NCBI GenBank assembly: GCA_934754495.1
Contig: CAKVHW010000001.1
Coordinates: 2,011 to 66,010 of the forward strand
From: an uncultured Clostridia bacterium
GTDB taxonomy: Bacteria > Bacillota > Clostridia > Christensenellales > UBA1242
Length of the DNA: 64,000 nucleotides
Reading direction: 5' to 3'
Shown: piece by piece, positions 29,017 through 36,857 of the stretch
Layout of the letters: every line of letters begins with the position of its first letter
Position numbering within the stretch: position 1 is the first letter of the stretch
Position numbers and translations under genes: made by a program
Notes under the pieces: model-generated
Told to the model about the DNA's origin: nothing
Seen by the model: only the letters and a program-made list of their open reading frames with translations
Database searches by the model: none

Positions 29017-29055
29017 TAAAATTAAAAATACCCTTGATAAAAATGTCAAGGGTAT
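29017..29055 (-). terminator. intrinsic terminator-like hairpin immediately upstream of the aspS RBS (candidate attenuator)
   Basis: Minus strand: ATACCCTTGA (29055-29046), loop CATTTTTA, TCAAGGGTAT (29037-29028), then TTTTTAATTTT, then AAGGAG and the aspS ATG at 29006. Confidence 0.6.
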
Positions 29056-29104
29056 AATTTTTAAAATAAATAAATTATAATTGCATTAAAAAATGTACCC
29101 ATTA

Positions 29105-29161
29105 TTAAAATGTGTATAAATTATTATTGTTGCAATCATCATTTAATTTAATTTTTAACAT
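29105..29161 (-). CDS. candidate leader peptide MLKIKLNDDCNNNNLYTF (18 aa)
   Basis: Hand-translated. ATG at 29161-29159 with AAGGA (29175-29171) 9 nt upstream. Codons 7-14 are AAT GAT GAT TGC AAC AAT AAT AAT. TAA stop at 29107-29105, 4 nt before the putative antiterminator arm. Confidence 0.35.
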   Translation of the reverse strand: MLKIKLNDDCNNNNLYTF

Positions 29162-29188
29162 ATTGTTTTTTCCTTAAATGTTATAAAA

Positions 29189-29217
29189 AGTTTACACCTT
29201 GACAGCAAACTTGTCAA
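29189..29217 (-). promoter_or_regulatory. sigma-A-type promoter upstream of the aspS leader
   Basis: Minus strand: TTGACA (29217-29212), 17-nt spacer, TAAACT (29194-29189). The -35 hexamer is part of the inverted repeat TTGACA..TGTCAA. Confidence 0.45.
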
Positions 29218-29232
29218 TAACTTTAGCTAATT

Positions 29233-30021
29233 TTATTTGCTAGTGGTCTTGTAAATTGCCCCAATTAACCAGCTTATTGGCATAAATCGGCTAGCAAAAT
29301 GAAGTAGTTTCATTTTACCGCTAATTATGTACATAGGTTTTGTGCGTTTTTTATAACCTACTTTTAGAGCACATTTAGCAACATGAATTGGATCCATGCG
29401 TTTTTTATCTGCTTCTGGGCTGTCAAATTTGCTTTGAGCACTCATTGGTCTATCGCCATAACGCTCATTAGTAGCCAAAACAACCGTTTTGTTTTTAGTA
29501 AAGTTGGTGCGTATATTACCTGGGCAAAGAGCCACAACATCTATACCATAATCCCTTAGTTCGCTACGTTGGGCATAACTAAGAGTTAATACTGCCGCTT
29601 TTGATGCACCATACATACTGCGATATGGCATAGGAAATAATGCCATACAACTAGAAATGTTTATAATCCTACCACCCTTTTTCATAAGTGGAAGTGCATA
29701 ACGAGTACAATTAATTACCCCATACACATTAACAGCAAATTGTTTTTCAATTGCACTAGTAGGAATAAGCTCCAATACGCCATTTAATCCGTAGCCAGCA
29801 TTATTTATTAAAATATCAACATGTCCAAATTTTTCTTTAATTGCTTCAAAACACTCTTTAATGTTTTCTTCATTTGTAACATCACAGTAGTAAAAGTTTT
29901 CTATTCCTTCACCACCCATATTAGCCAAAGTGATTACGGTGTCGCCTTTTTCCTTATATAATTCAGCAGTCTTTAATCCTATACCACTAGTAGCACCTGT
30001 GATAACAACTATTTTATTCAT
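29233..30021 (-). CDS. short-chain dehydrogenase/reductase (SDR)
   Basis: 262 aa with VVITGATSGIG, NNAG and the YGASKAA catalytic YxxxK. Confidence 0.85.
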   Translation of the reverse strand: MNKIVVITGATSGIGLKTAELYKEKGDTVITLANMGGEGIENFYYCDVTNEENIKECFEAIKEKFGHVDILINNAGYGLNGVLELIPTSAIEKQFAVNVYGVINCTRYALPLMKKGGRIINISSCMALFPMPYRSMYGASKAAVLTLSYAQRSELRDYGIDVVALCPGNIRTNFTKNKTVVLATNERYGDRPMSAQSKFDSPEADKKRMDPIHVAKCALKVGYKKRTKPMYIISGKMKLLHFASRFMPISWLIGAIYKTTSK

Positions 30022-30225
30022 CTATAAATCCTTTTTGCATAAATACTTATGCACTATTTTTATTGATTATATATTATATAATAAGCACTTACAAAAAACA
30101 AATAAATTAACAAAACTTAATCACACAAAAACAATATTATACATAATATGAAGTGTGTATAGGTTGCATACGCTATTCAACTTATACACCCTCCCCTTCT
30201 TCCAACTTTTTTAAGTTGTTTATAT

Positions 30226-30262
30226 AAAAACCCCCTATTTTAGCAAATAATAGGGGGTTTTT
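30226..30262. terminator. bidirectional intrinsic terminator
   Basis: A5-CCCCCTATT-loop-AATAGGGGG-T5 (stems 30231-30239 / 30249-30257). Confidence 0.75.
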
Positions 30263-30277
30263 GTTTAAAAGTATAAG

Positions 30278-30421
30278 TTATCCACATAATCACATCAGAA
30301 TTTTTATAAATTTTAATGAATAAATATAAATATTTGAATAAAAACACATTTTTTTGAATTTTTACACAGTTTTTCACAAGAGTTATCCACTTATCCACAT
30401 TAAATTTGGTATTTATCCACA
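30278..30421 (+). promoter_or_regulatory. DnaA-box cluster (3 perfect + 1 one-mismatch + 2 weaker boxes, all in one orientation)
   Basis: TTATCCACA at 30278-30286, 30391-30399 and 30413-30421. TTATCCACT at 30383-30391. TTTTACACA at 30360-30368. TTTTTCACA at 30370-30378. Confidence 0.7.
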
Positions 30422-30518
30422 AAAAGTTTTCTAATTCTGTTCTAATTTATGCCATTTTTGTGTACAAAACTGCCAAAAACGGAAAGTTGTACACATTATT
30501 TTTTGGAAATATGCCAAT

Positions 30519-32048
30519 CTACGGACAGAATGCGGTTGGAATTGAACCCTGCATATTATCCAAATTTATGCATTCGGTTGCATCTTTTATTAGTTCAACA
30601 TCGCTTTCAATTGCTTCCATTCCGGCTGGAGCATCTTCTGTCCCTTCAATGACAATTCCGTTTTGAGGCTTATATATTTCGTGTCTTATTTCTTTTTCAT
30701 CTAGTAGTTTACCATCCTTAAAGGTTTGAAGATATGCAACGGCTTCATATCCTTCACGTGGCCAAGAAAGCCTAAAGTACTCTCCTTTAAATAAAACCTT
30801 GTCAGAGTACTCATGTTTTTCGTCAGGTTTTACAATGTCGCCAGTGTGCGATATTACTTGCACAGTTTCGCTACGAGTATTGTAAGTATATCCCTCCGCA
30901 TTAGGCATACCATACACTTCAGCACTAACCGAATTTTTATCGGAGTATGTGTGAATAAATATATCTGCACCAGTATTGTTGGTAAACTTTAAGTCCGATA
31001 TATATTCCGAAACCATTGCATCAAGTGCAAGCGGAACATATTTAACAGGAAGTGTATGTTTATGGACCTCGTCAATAGAGACACCTGCTTTAATAAGGGC
31101 GTTATATAATGTTGTGCTGGCTTGGCAAATCCCACCACCAACACCTTCAACAAATCGACTATTGTATATTATGGTTGCGGTTTTGTACCCTTCTTCCAAA
31201 GTATGTGGTCCTGTGACTTTGTTAAACGAAACTGTTTCGCCGTTTTTAACAATCATTCCGTCAAACTTTTGCAAGGCAAGTTTTACATTATGTTTTCTAT
31301 TTCCAGTGCTATCGGCAACATTTGTGCTAAAAGTGGCTATTTTACTAGTGTTTTTAACATTGGTCTCCTTAGTTACGTCTGCCACCTGCTCGAATGTTGG
31401 AATTTCCACAACAACCTTATTGCTTTTTAAAAATTGATTGTTTATCATTTCATACAACAAGGTTTTGTCTACTCTTAAGCCAGATTTACTATCACTTATC
31501 TCAAACATTTTATCGGCAGTTGGGTCAAATTTAATTTCACTACTAATAGGTTCTATTTCAATTTCCTTAATAACCGCTTCAATTTTTTCATCTAGTCCCA
31601 CAAACAAATAATTAAATGCAATATTAAGGTTTTTGCCATCAATTGCATTCAAGTAATCCACTTGCTGGTCATAAGTACCCACTTCGTCATCATGGTCTTT
31701 AGCCATATCAATAATTGTGTGAATGTCACTATTTACGTCAAAATCCGATTTCGTGAAATGCCACTTTTTATCACCATACTTTAAGGTCAAATCGAATTGG
31801 TTGGCATTCTCGCTAAACACCTGCGACAAATACTCCACCGCTTTAGAACTATTCATTCCTGCCACATTGTAGCCATTAATAGTTGTACCGGTGCTAAATG
31901 TGTGTTCGCCTGTATTTTCAAGCATATAAAATTGCCCAACAACCACCATTACCATAACACAAGCAACTATCGACAAGCCCATAAAAACTGCAGTCGTGTT
32001 GTCTTTAGTTTTTTTCTTAATTTTTTTTGTCTTTTTTTCTTTCGCCAT
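30519..32048 (-). CDS. VanW-family protein with N-terminal membrane anchor
   Basis: 509 aa. TM segment after a Lys-rich N-terminus. VanW core VSFNKVTGP...GYKTA..I...VGGGICQASTTLYNA. Confidence 0.8.
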   Translation of the reverse strand: MAKEKKTKKIKKKTKDNTTAVFMGLSIVACVMVMVVVGQFYMLENTGEHTFSTGTTINGYNVAGMNSSKAVEYLSQVFSENANQFDLTLKYGDKKWHFTKSDFDVNSDIHTIIDMAKDHDDEVGTYDQQVDYLNAIDGKNLNIAFNYLFVGLDEKIEAVIKEIEIEPISSEIKFDPTADKMFEISDSKSGLRVDKTLLYEMINNQFLKSNKVVVEIPTFEQVADVTKETNVKNTSKIATFSTNVADSTGNRKHNVKLALQKFDGMIVKNGETVSFNKVTGPHTLEEGYKTATIIYNSRFVEGVGGGICQASTTLYNALIKAGVSIDEVHKHTLPVKYVPLALDAMVSEYISDLKFTNNTGADIFIHTYSDKNSVSAEVYGMPNAEGYTYNTRSETVQVISHTGDIVKPDEKHEYSDKVLFKGEYFRLSWPREGYEAVAYLQTFKDGKLLDEKEIRHEIYKPQNGIVIEGTEDAPAGMEAIESDVELIKDATECINLDNMQGSIPTAFCP

Positions 32049-32121
32049 AAAACAAAAAACCTCGTACTTTTTTTATTTTAGTATGAGATTTTTTTATATT
32101 ATTATTTATTAAACCATAAGG

Positions 32122-33375
32122 TTATTTATTAAATTTTATTGTTTTCACAATTTTTAATAATTCATCTTTTTCATTTTTAACCTTTCCAGCAAGGCACATT
32201 TCAAACAACAGTTTTAATATTTGCGAAATCTTGTTTTCAGGCACAAATGATTTTAAATCTTCTCCGCATACCTCAAGAGATGTAAGACTAAGCGGAACGC
32301 CGGACATTTTCAGGTTCAATATAAGTTCGCTTACAGGTTTAAAATCAACATACAAATTAACAACTTCATGCTGTTTTTGTGTAAGCGTGTGATAATTAAC
32401 AGCACTAAACTCGTTAAGTGGTTTAAATTTTAACACCTGCAAACACATATATGTTTTTGCCAAGTCACTTGCAAGTTCATTAGAAATTCTAAGATTGTTA
32501 AAAAACATCATAATGTCGCCATTTACTTGATTTTCGTGTATATATTTAAAGTCATATTTATTAAGCAAAAATAGTGTCAAAAATGCAAGCAACCTTAATT
32601 CACTTTTTGCCTTGAAAAAGTTTTGATACTCTTGTGATTTAATATTTATGTTAAAGTTTTCATAATTAAGACCAAATAAATATTTGTATATATTTAGCCC
32701 ATTAAAATATCGTATAAATTCGTTTTTATTAACACCATATTTAAAGTCTGCAACTACAATTTTGTTTAGTTCCATAAGTTTTCGCTCAGCAGTAATAGAC
32801 CTTAATTGATACACCATTTCACTTGCGGTTTTAAAGGTTTTTGCATTAATTTTAAAGCCAAGTTCACATGCAAAACGAACCATTCTAAGAAGCCTTAGCC
32901 CATCGGAGGAAAACACAAATAGTGGTGTTTCAATACATCTTAAAACTTTATTTTCAATATCGGCTTTCCCATTATATGGGTCAAAAATCTTACCGCTTAA
33001 AACATTGTAATAAATTGTATTACATGTAAAGTCCCTACGTTTTGCATCAACTAAAATATCGTCAACAAACTCCACACTTTCTGGCAGATGATTTCCTTTA
33101 ATATAATTTTCTCTTCTAAAAGGGGTGTACTCATAATCTTCGCCATCATTTGTACTTACTAAAAGCGTGCCAAGTTTTGCATTTATCACTTTGGTTTTTA
33201 ATCCAATCTCCTTACACCTTTCTTGAACTTCTTCCGATAAAAAAGGTGAGCAAATATCAATATCGTCCGAATCCATTCCCATTATAGCATTTCGCACATA
33301 TCCGCCAACAATATACAATTTTCCATCTAGTGCGGTAGCAAGTTTTTTTAAATTATTACTAACAACTAATTCCAT
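32122..33375 (-). CDS. cca: CCA-adding tRNA nucleotidyltransferase / poly(A) polymerase family
   Basis: 417 aa with GGYVRNAIMG..SDDIDI (GG.VRD...D.D) and the RRDFTCN motif. Confidence 0.75.
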   Translation of the reverse strand: MELVVSNNLKKLATALDGKLYIVGGYVRNAIMGMDSDDIDICSPFLSEEVQERCKEIGLKTKVINAKLGTLLVSTNDGEDYEYTPFRRENYIKGNHLPESVEFVDDILVDAKRRDFTCNTIYYNVLSGKIFDPYNGKADIENKVLRCIETPLFVFSSDGLRLLRMVRFACELGFKINAKTFKTASEMVYQLRSITAERKLMELNKIVVADFKYGVNKNEFIRYFNGLNIYKYLFGLNYENFNINIKSQEYQNFFKAKSELRLLAFLTLFLLNKYDFKYIHENQVNGDIMMFFNNLRISNELASDLAKTYMCLQVLKFKPLNEFSAVNYHTLTQKQHEVVNLYVDFKPVSELILNLKMSGVPLSLTSLEVCGEDLKSFVPENKISQILKLLFEMCLAGKVKNEKDELLKIVKTIKFNK

Positions 33376-33515
33376 ATTATAATTATATCAATATAAATGC
33401 TTTTTTCAAAGTTAATAGGTTTAAATTAATTAAAAAAAGTGGCAGTTGCCACTTTTTATTTTTTACAAATTCTGTTTTTTATGCGTTGTTTTTTAAGTGC
33501 CACAAAATAGATTTG

Positions 33516-34388
33516 TTATTTTATACGTTTGTCTTCTGTATAAAAAATAGCTAAAGAATCTGGTCCACCATGACTAGCAACGCATGCATTAAGCGGAACT
33601 ATTACAATATCCAGATTTGGTTCTTTTTCCAAAACAGATTTTTTAAGTTCTTCCGCATCACCAGCACAATCGGCTTCTATTATGATAACATGTTTGCTCA
33701 TATGGTTGTAGTTTTGAGCAAAAATTTCAGCAAGTTCCCTTATAGCTTTTTTCCTACCCATAACTTTTCTAAATGGTACAATAATTCCACTATCATTTAC
33801 CCTAAGTACCGGTTTAATTTGAAGAAGCCCACCAATAAAAGCCTTAACTGCCGTTATTCTTCCACCACGTGCTAAAAATTTAAGCGAGTCAAGTGTAAAA
33901 CTATGTGCAATGTTAAGTTTAACAGAATTTACATATTTTTCTGCCTCATAAATATCATTTACTCTGCCAGCTTCAACTTCATCGATTAGCATTTTTACAA
34001 GTACACCTACTCCACCCGATTGACAAAGTGAATCTATCACTACAACATTATTTTTATACTTTCCTTTAAGTTGCTTAGCCACATTGTTAAAGTTATTAAA
34101 AGTATTACTCATTCCACTTGAAAAACTAATATGAATTACATCTTTGCCTTTTTCTAAAAGATGAGTTAAGTAATTTTGAGCATCGTATTCATTAACCTGC
34201 GATGTTTTTATTTCAACCCCTGTTCTTAGTAGTTTTGCAATTTCGTTTTTGGTGTGTTTTTTCTCATCGGTCTTAAAAGTTTCGCCATTAATATAGTATT
34301 CCATTGGCGCAACTTGTATATCATATTTGCTTATTGTTTGTTCGTCTAAATCGCAAGCATCTTCAACACTAATTATAAATTTTTCCAT
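33516..34388 (-). CDS. DegV family fatty-acid-binding protein
   Basis: 290 aa with ISVEDACDL, SSGMSNT and FLARGGRIT motifs. Confidence 0.85.
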   Translation of the reverse strand: MEKFIISVEDACDLDEQTISKYDIQVAPMEYYINGETFKTDEKKHTKNEIAKLLRTGVEIKTSQVNEYDAQNYLTHLLEKGKDVIHISFSSGMSNTFNNFNNVAKQLKGKYKNNVVVIDSLCQSGGVGVLVKMLIDEVEAGRVNDIYEAEKYVNSVKLNIAHSFTLDSLKFLARGGRITAVKAFIGGLLQIKPVLRVNDSGIIVPFRKVMGRKKAIRELAEIFAQNYNHMSKHVIIIEADCAGDAEELKKSVLEKEPNLDIVIVPLNACVASHGGPDSLAIFYTEDKRIK

Positions 34389-34611
34389 ACCTAAATCTCT
34401 CCAAGGTTATATTATAGTTGTTTTACACATAATTGTAAACACTTTTACTTATTTTGTTTAAATTTGGTTTTGATGTTTCATCACATCAAGCAACAAAAGA
34501 AGTACTCCAGTATTTTACTTTTACGCATTTAAAACTTATACATTTATTATATTAAAAAACACATTTTTTAACAATCTACTTAGTGCCACCGCAACTACAC
34601 ACATTCCTGCC

Positions 34612-34652
34612 GCTTAAATATAGTGAAATTTAAGCACTCTACTCACAGTAGA
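34612..34652. promoter_or_regulatory. two adjacent inverted repeats in the degV / XRE divergent spacer (candidate operator or RNA structure)
   Basis: GCTTAAAT (34612-34619) / ATTTAAGC (34628-34635) is a perfect 8-bp inverted repeat. TCTACT (34638-34643) / AGTAGA (34647-34652). Both are enclosed by CACATTC (34600-34606) / GAATGTG (34651-34657). Confidence 0.4.
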
Positions 34653-34714
34653 ATGTGGCAATAAAAAGGGGTATTTTACTTGCCTAAAATAGTAAAATGA
34701 TGTATTATACTAGT

Positions 34715-35317
34715 ATGGAAGACATTAAGAAAACAATATCTAAAAACTTAATATATTACCGCACGCAAGCAAAACTTACACAATTTGAACTTGCTCAAAA
34801 ACTTAACTATTCCGATAAATCAATATCAAAATGGGAACGTGGTGCTGGTATTCCTGACATTGTAATACTAAAACAACTTGCCGACTTATACAACATTAAG
34901 GTTGATGATTTCTTAAAAGAAAATACCGATGTCGCAATAGAACAACCACCCACAAACAACAAGAATGTTAAGCATTTAATAACCACCCTTATCTCTGTGG
35001 GACTTGTGTGGTTTGTGGCAACTATTGTGTATGTTGCACTACTTTGGCTAAAAGTGCCAAGGTGTTGGCTTGCATTCATCACCGCAATTCCAGTATCAAT
35101 GATAGTACTAATTGTACTTACAAGAATATGGTATAAATTATATGTTGTAGGAATATTTGTGTCATTGTTTGTATGGACACTTGCCCTAACAATATATTTA
35201 TTCACACTTACAACTCACAGTTACTATTTATTTATAATATGTGGGCCATTCCAAGTTTTAATAATACTATGGTTTATTTTAAGATATAAGACTCGAAACA
35301 AAAAAACTACACAATAA
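34715..35317 (+). CDS. XRE-family HTH regulator fused to a C-terminal multi-TM domain
   Basis: MEDIKKTISKNLIYYRTQAKLTQFELAQKLNYSDKSISKWERG is an HTH_3-type domain, followed by 4 hydrophobic helices. The ORF track starts at 34697. I prefer ATG 34715, which sits 7 nt after a TTGCCT-17-TATTAT promoter (possibly leaderless). Confidence 0.75.
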   Translation: MEDIKKTISKNLIYYRTQAKLTQFELAQKLNYSDKSISKWERGAGIPDIVILKQLADLYNIKVDDFLKENTDVAIEQPPTNNKNVKHLITTLISVGLVWFVATIVYVALLWLKVPRCWLAFITAIPVSMIVLIVLTRIWYKLYVVGIFVSLFVWTLALTIYLFTLTTHSYYLFIICGPFQVLIILWFILRYKTRNKKTTQ

Positions 35318-35408
35318 TGTGCAGTTTTTTTATAACAATTTTTAAAGGCAATATTTTAAATCAAATACTAAAATATTTGTACTGTATAAATTTATATTAT
35401 TTTAAATA

Positions 35409-36746
35409 TTAAAATGTAATAAAATTAATACCATAAATTTGATTTGTGTTTTTATCAACTTTAACTTTATCGCTAATCTCAACACCAGCAATTGCCAAAA
35501 CATCGTTTCCAACAGCAAGCACTGGCAAAACATCTCTAAAACGTGATGGCACTTTTTTATCTATAAAGTACTCGTTAAGTGATTTTGTTCCGCCACCAAA
35601 CTTTGTGAACATGTCGCCATTTTTTCTAAAGCGCCAAACAGCATTTTTATCAACTTTTTTAGCATCAATCACATTTTGATATGCGTCCATATTAACCACA
35701 TTACTTGCATACACTTCTAGCACCCCAACACCTGGAATATTATATTTGCCACGTTTTAGTTTTAGTGGTTTAAGGTCAACTTTTAGTCGTCTATTGGTAA
35801 ATGTGATAAATCCATATTCCTTAATTACAACAACACCATTTGGTAAATTTACCTTAGCACCATTTTCGCCGTTTATGGCAAGGTCACATACAATTGCCAA
35901 ATGTTTTTTTTCAATATCAACACTTGCCCCAATTGCTTTTAAGGCTTTAAATATTAACCTGCTTGTAAGCGATGGGCTATTAGTAAAATAACTTGAGTAC
36001 GCCTTAACAGTATTAGCACTTTCTCTTACAATTGCATTTTTGCTAATTTGTGAATTGATGTATTCATTATCTTGTTTGCATAGTTTACCAAACTCGCAAA
36101 TTGTGAAATCTGCATTTTGCCACCTATTTCTAATAAGAGGCATAATCATATTTCTTATAAAATTTCTGGAATAGTCGTTTTGCAAATTTGTTTCGTCTTC
36201 AACAAAAGGAATATCGTTTGAATTAACATATGCTTGAATTTCCGTCTTGGGAGTATACAAAAGCGGACGAATAAATCTGCCGTCACGATTAAGTTCCATT
36301 CCGCATGCACCAGCAACACCTGCACCACGGAAAATATTTAGTAGAATTGTTTCAGCCTGGTCTTGCATGTGGTGACCAAGAGCAATTTTATCTACAACCT
36401 TATCGTCAAGCAACTTATTAAATACTTGATATCTGCCTTCTCTTGCACCTTGTTCTAATCCAACTTTTTTATTGGAACACAACGAATTAATGTCAAGCAC
36501 AAAAGGATAACATTTAATATTGTTTTTTTCACAATAGTTTTTAACAAACATGCTATCATTAGCACTATTTTTTCTTAAACTATGGTCAACATTAATTACG
36601 ACCAAATTAAATTTCAACTTATGTCTTAAGTGCATTAACACATTAAGCAAGCACATACTATCTTGCCCGCCCGAACAAGCCACACCTATTGTTTCGCCTT
36701 CTTTTATTAACTTGTTGTTAATTATTAATTGTTCAATTTTATTCAT
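35409..36746 (-). CDS. tilS: tRNA(Ile)-lysidine synthase
   Basis: 445 aa. PP-loop GVACSGGQDSMCL and C-terminal TilS domain (...VLPVLAVGNDVLAIAGVEIS). Confidence 0.9.
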   Translation of the reverse strand: MNKIEQLIINNKLIKEGETIGVACSGGQDSMCLLNVLMHLRHKLKFNLVVINVDHSLRKNSANDSMFVKNYCEKNNIKCYPFVLDINSLCSNKKVGLEQGAREGRYQVFNKLLDDKVVDKIALGHHMQDQAETILLNIFRGAGVAGACGMELNRDGRFIRPLLYTPKTEIQAYVNSNDIPFVEDETNLQNDYSRNFIRNMIMPLIRNRWQNADFTICEFGKLCKQDNEYINSQISKNAIVRESANTVKAYSSYFTNSPSLTSRLIFKALKAIGASVDIEKKHLAIVCDLAINGENGAKVNLPNGVVVIKEYGFITFTNRRLKVDLKPLKLKRGKYNIPGVGVLEVYASNVVNMDAYQNVIDAKKVDKNAVWRFRKNGDMFTKFGGGTKSLNEYFIDKKVPSRFRDVLPVLAVGNDVLAIAGVEISDKVKVDKNTNQIYGINFITF

Positions 36747-36857
36747 ATTTTCACCTTAAATTAATTGTTTTGTCAAAAAATATAAGCTAAAAGCCAACAA
36801 AATCATTAATATTAAGACTCATTATATAACAAAAATATATTTTTTTCAAGTTAATTT

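Noticed and set aside
29028-29055. The hairpin upstream of aspS could merely be the terminator of the SDR gene, with the aspS promoter embedded in it (TTGACA in the stem, 17-nt spacer, TTTAAT).
   Set aside because: This is not fully rejected. However, it would put the TSS inside the AAGGAG SD and leave 177 nt of unexplained 3' UTR that contains a good promoter and an SD-preceded mini-ORF. The attenuator model explains more of the sequence. TSS mapping would decide.
30226-30518. The DnaA-box cluster plus AT-rich tract could be the chromosomal origin (oriC).
   Set aside because: There is no dnaA, dnaN or rpmH nearby. Genes on both sides are on the same (minus) strand, so there is no leading-strand orientation switch. 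I found no clear DnaA-trio array next to the boxes. It is kept as an extra-origin DnaA-box cluster finding instead. A whole-genome GC-skew plot would settle it.
30240-30666. ORF-track entries 30240..30422(-), 30406..30666(+) and 30449..30652(+).
   Set aside because: The first is simply the DnaA boxes read as W-I codons, and it has no RBS. The two plus-strand ORFs run antisense into the VanW C-terminus and have no RBS. All are treated as spurious.
34599-34657. The three-helix junction could be a purine-type or other small riboswitch.
   Set aside because: The junction strands are only 1-5 nt and lack the conserved purine-riboswitch J1/2, J2/3 and loop sequences. There is no downstream expression platform. 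The elements are equally well explained as DNA operators. Kept only as a candidate regulatory feature.
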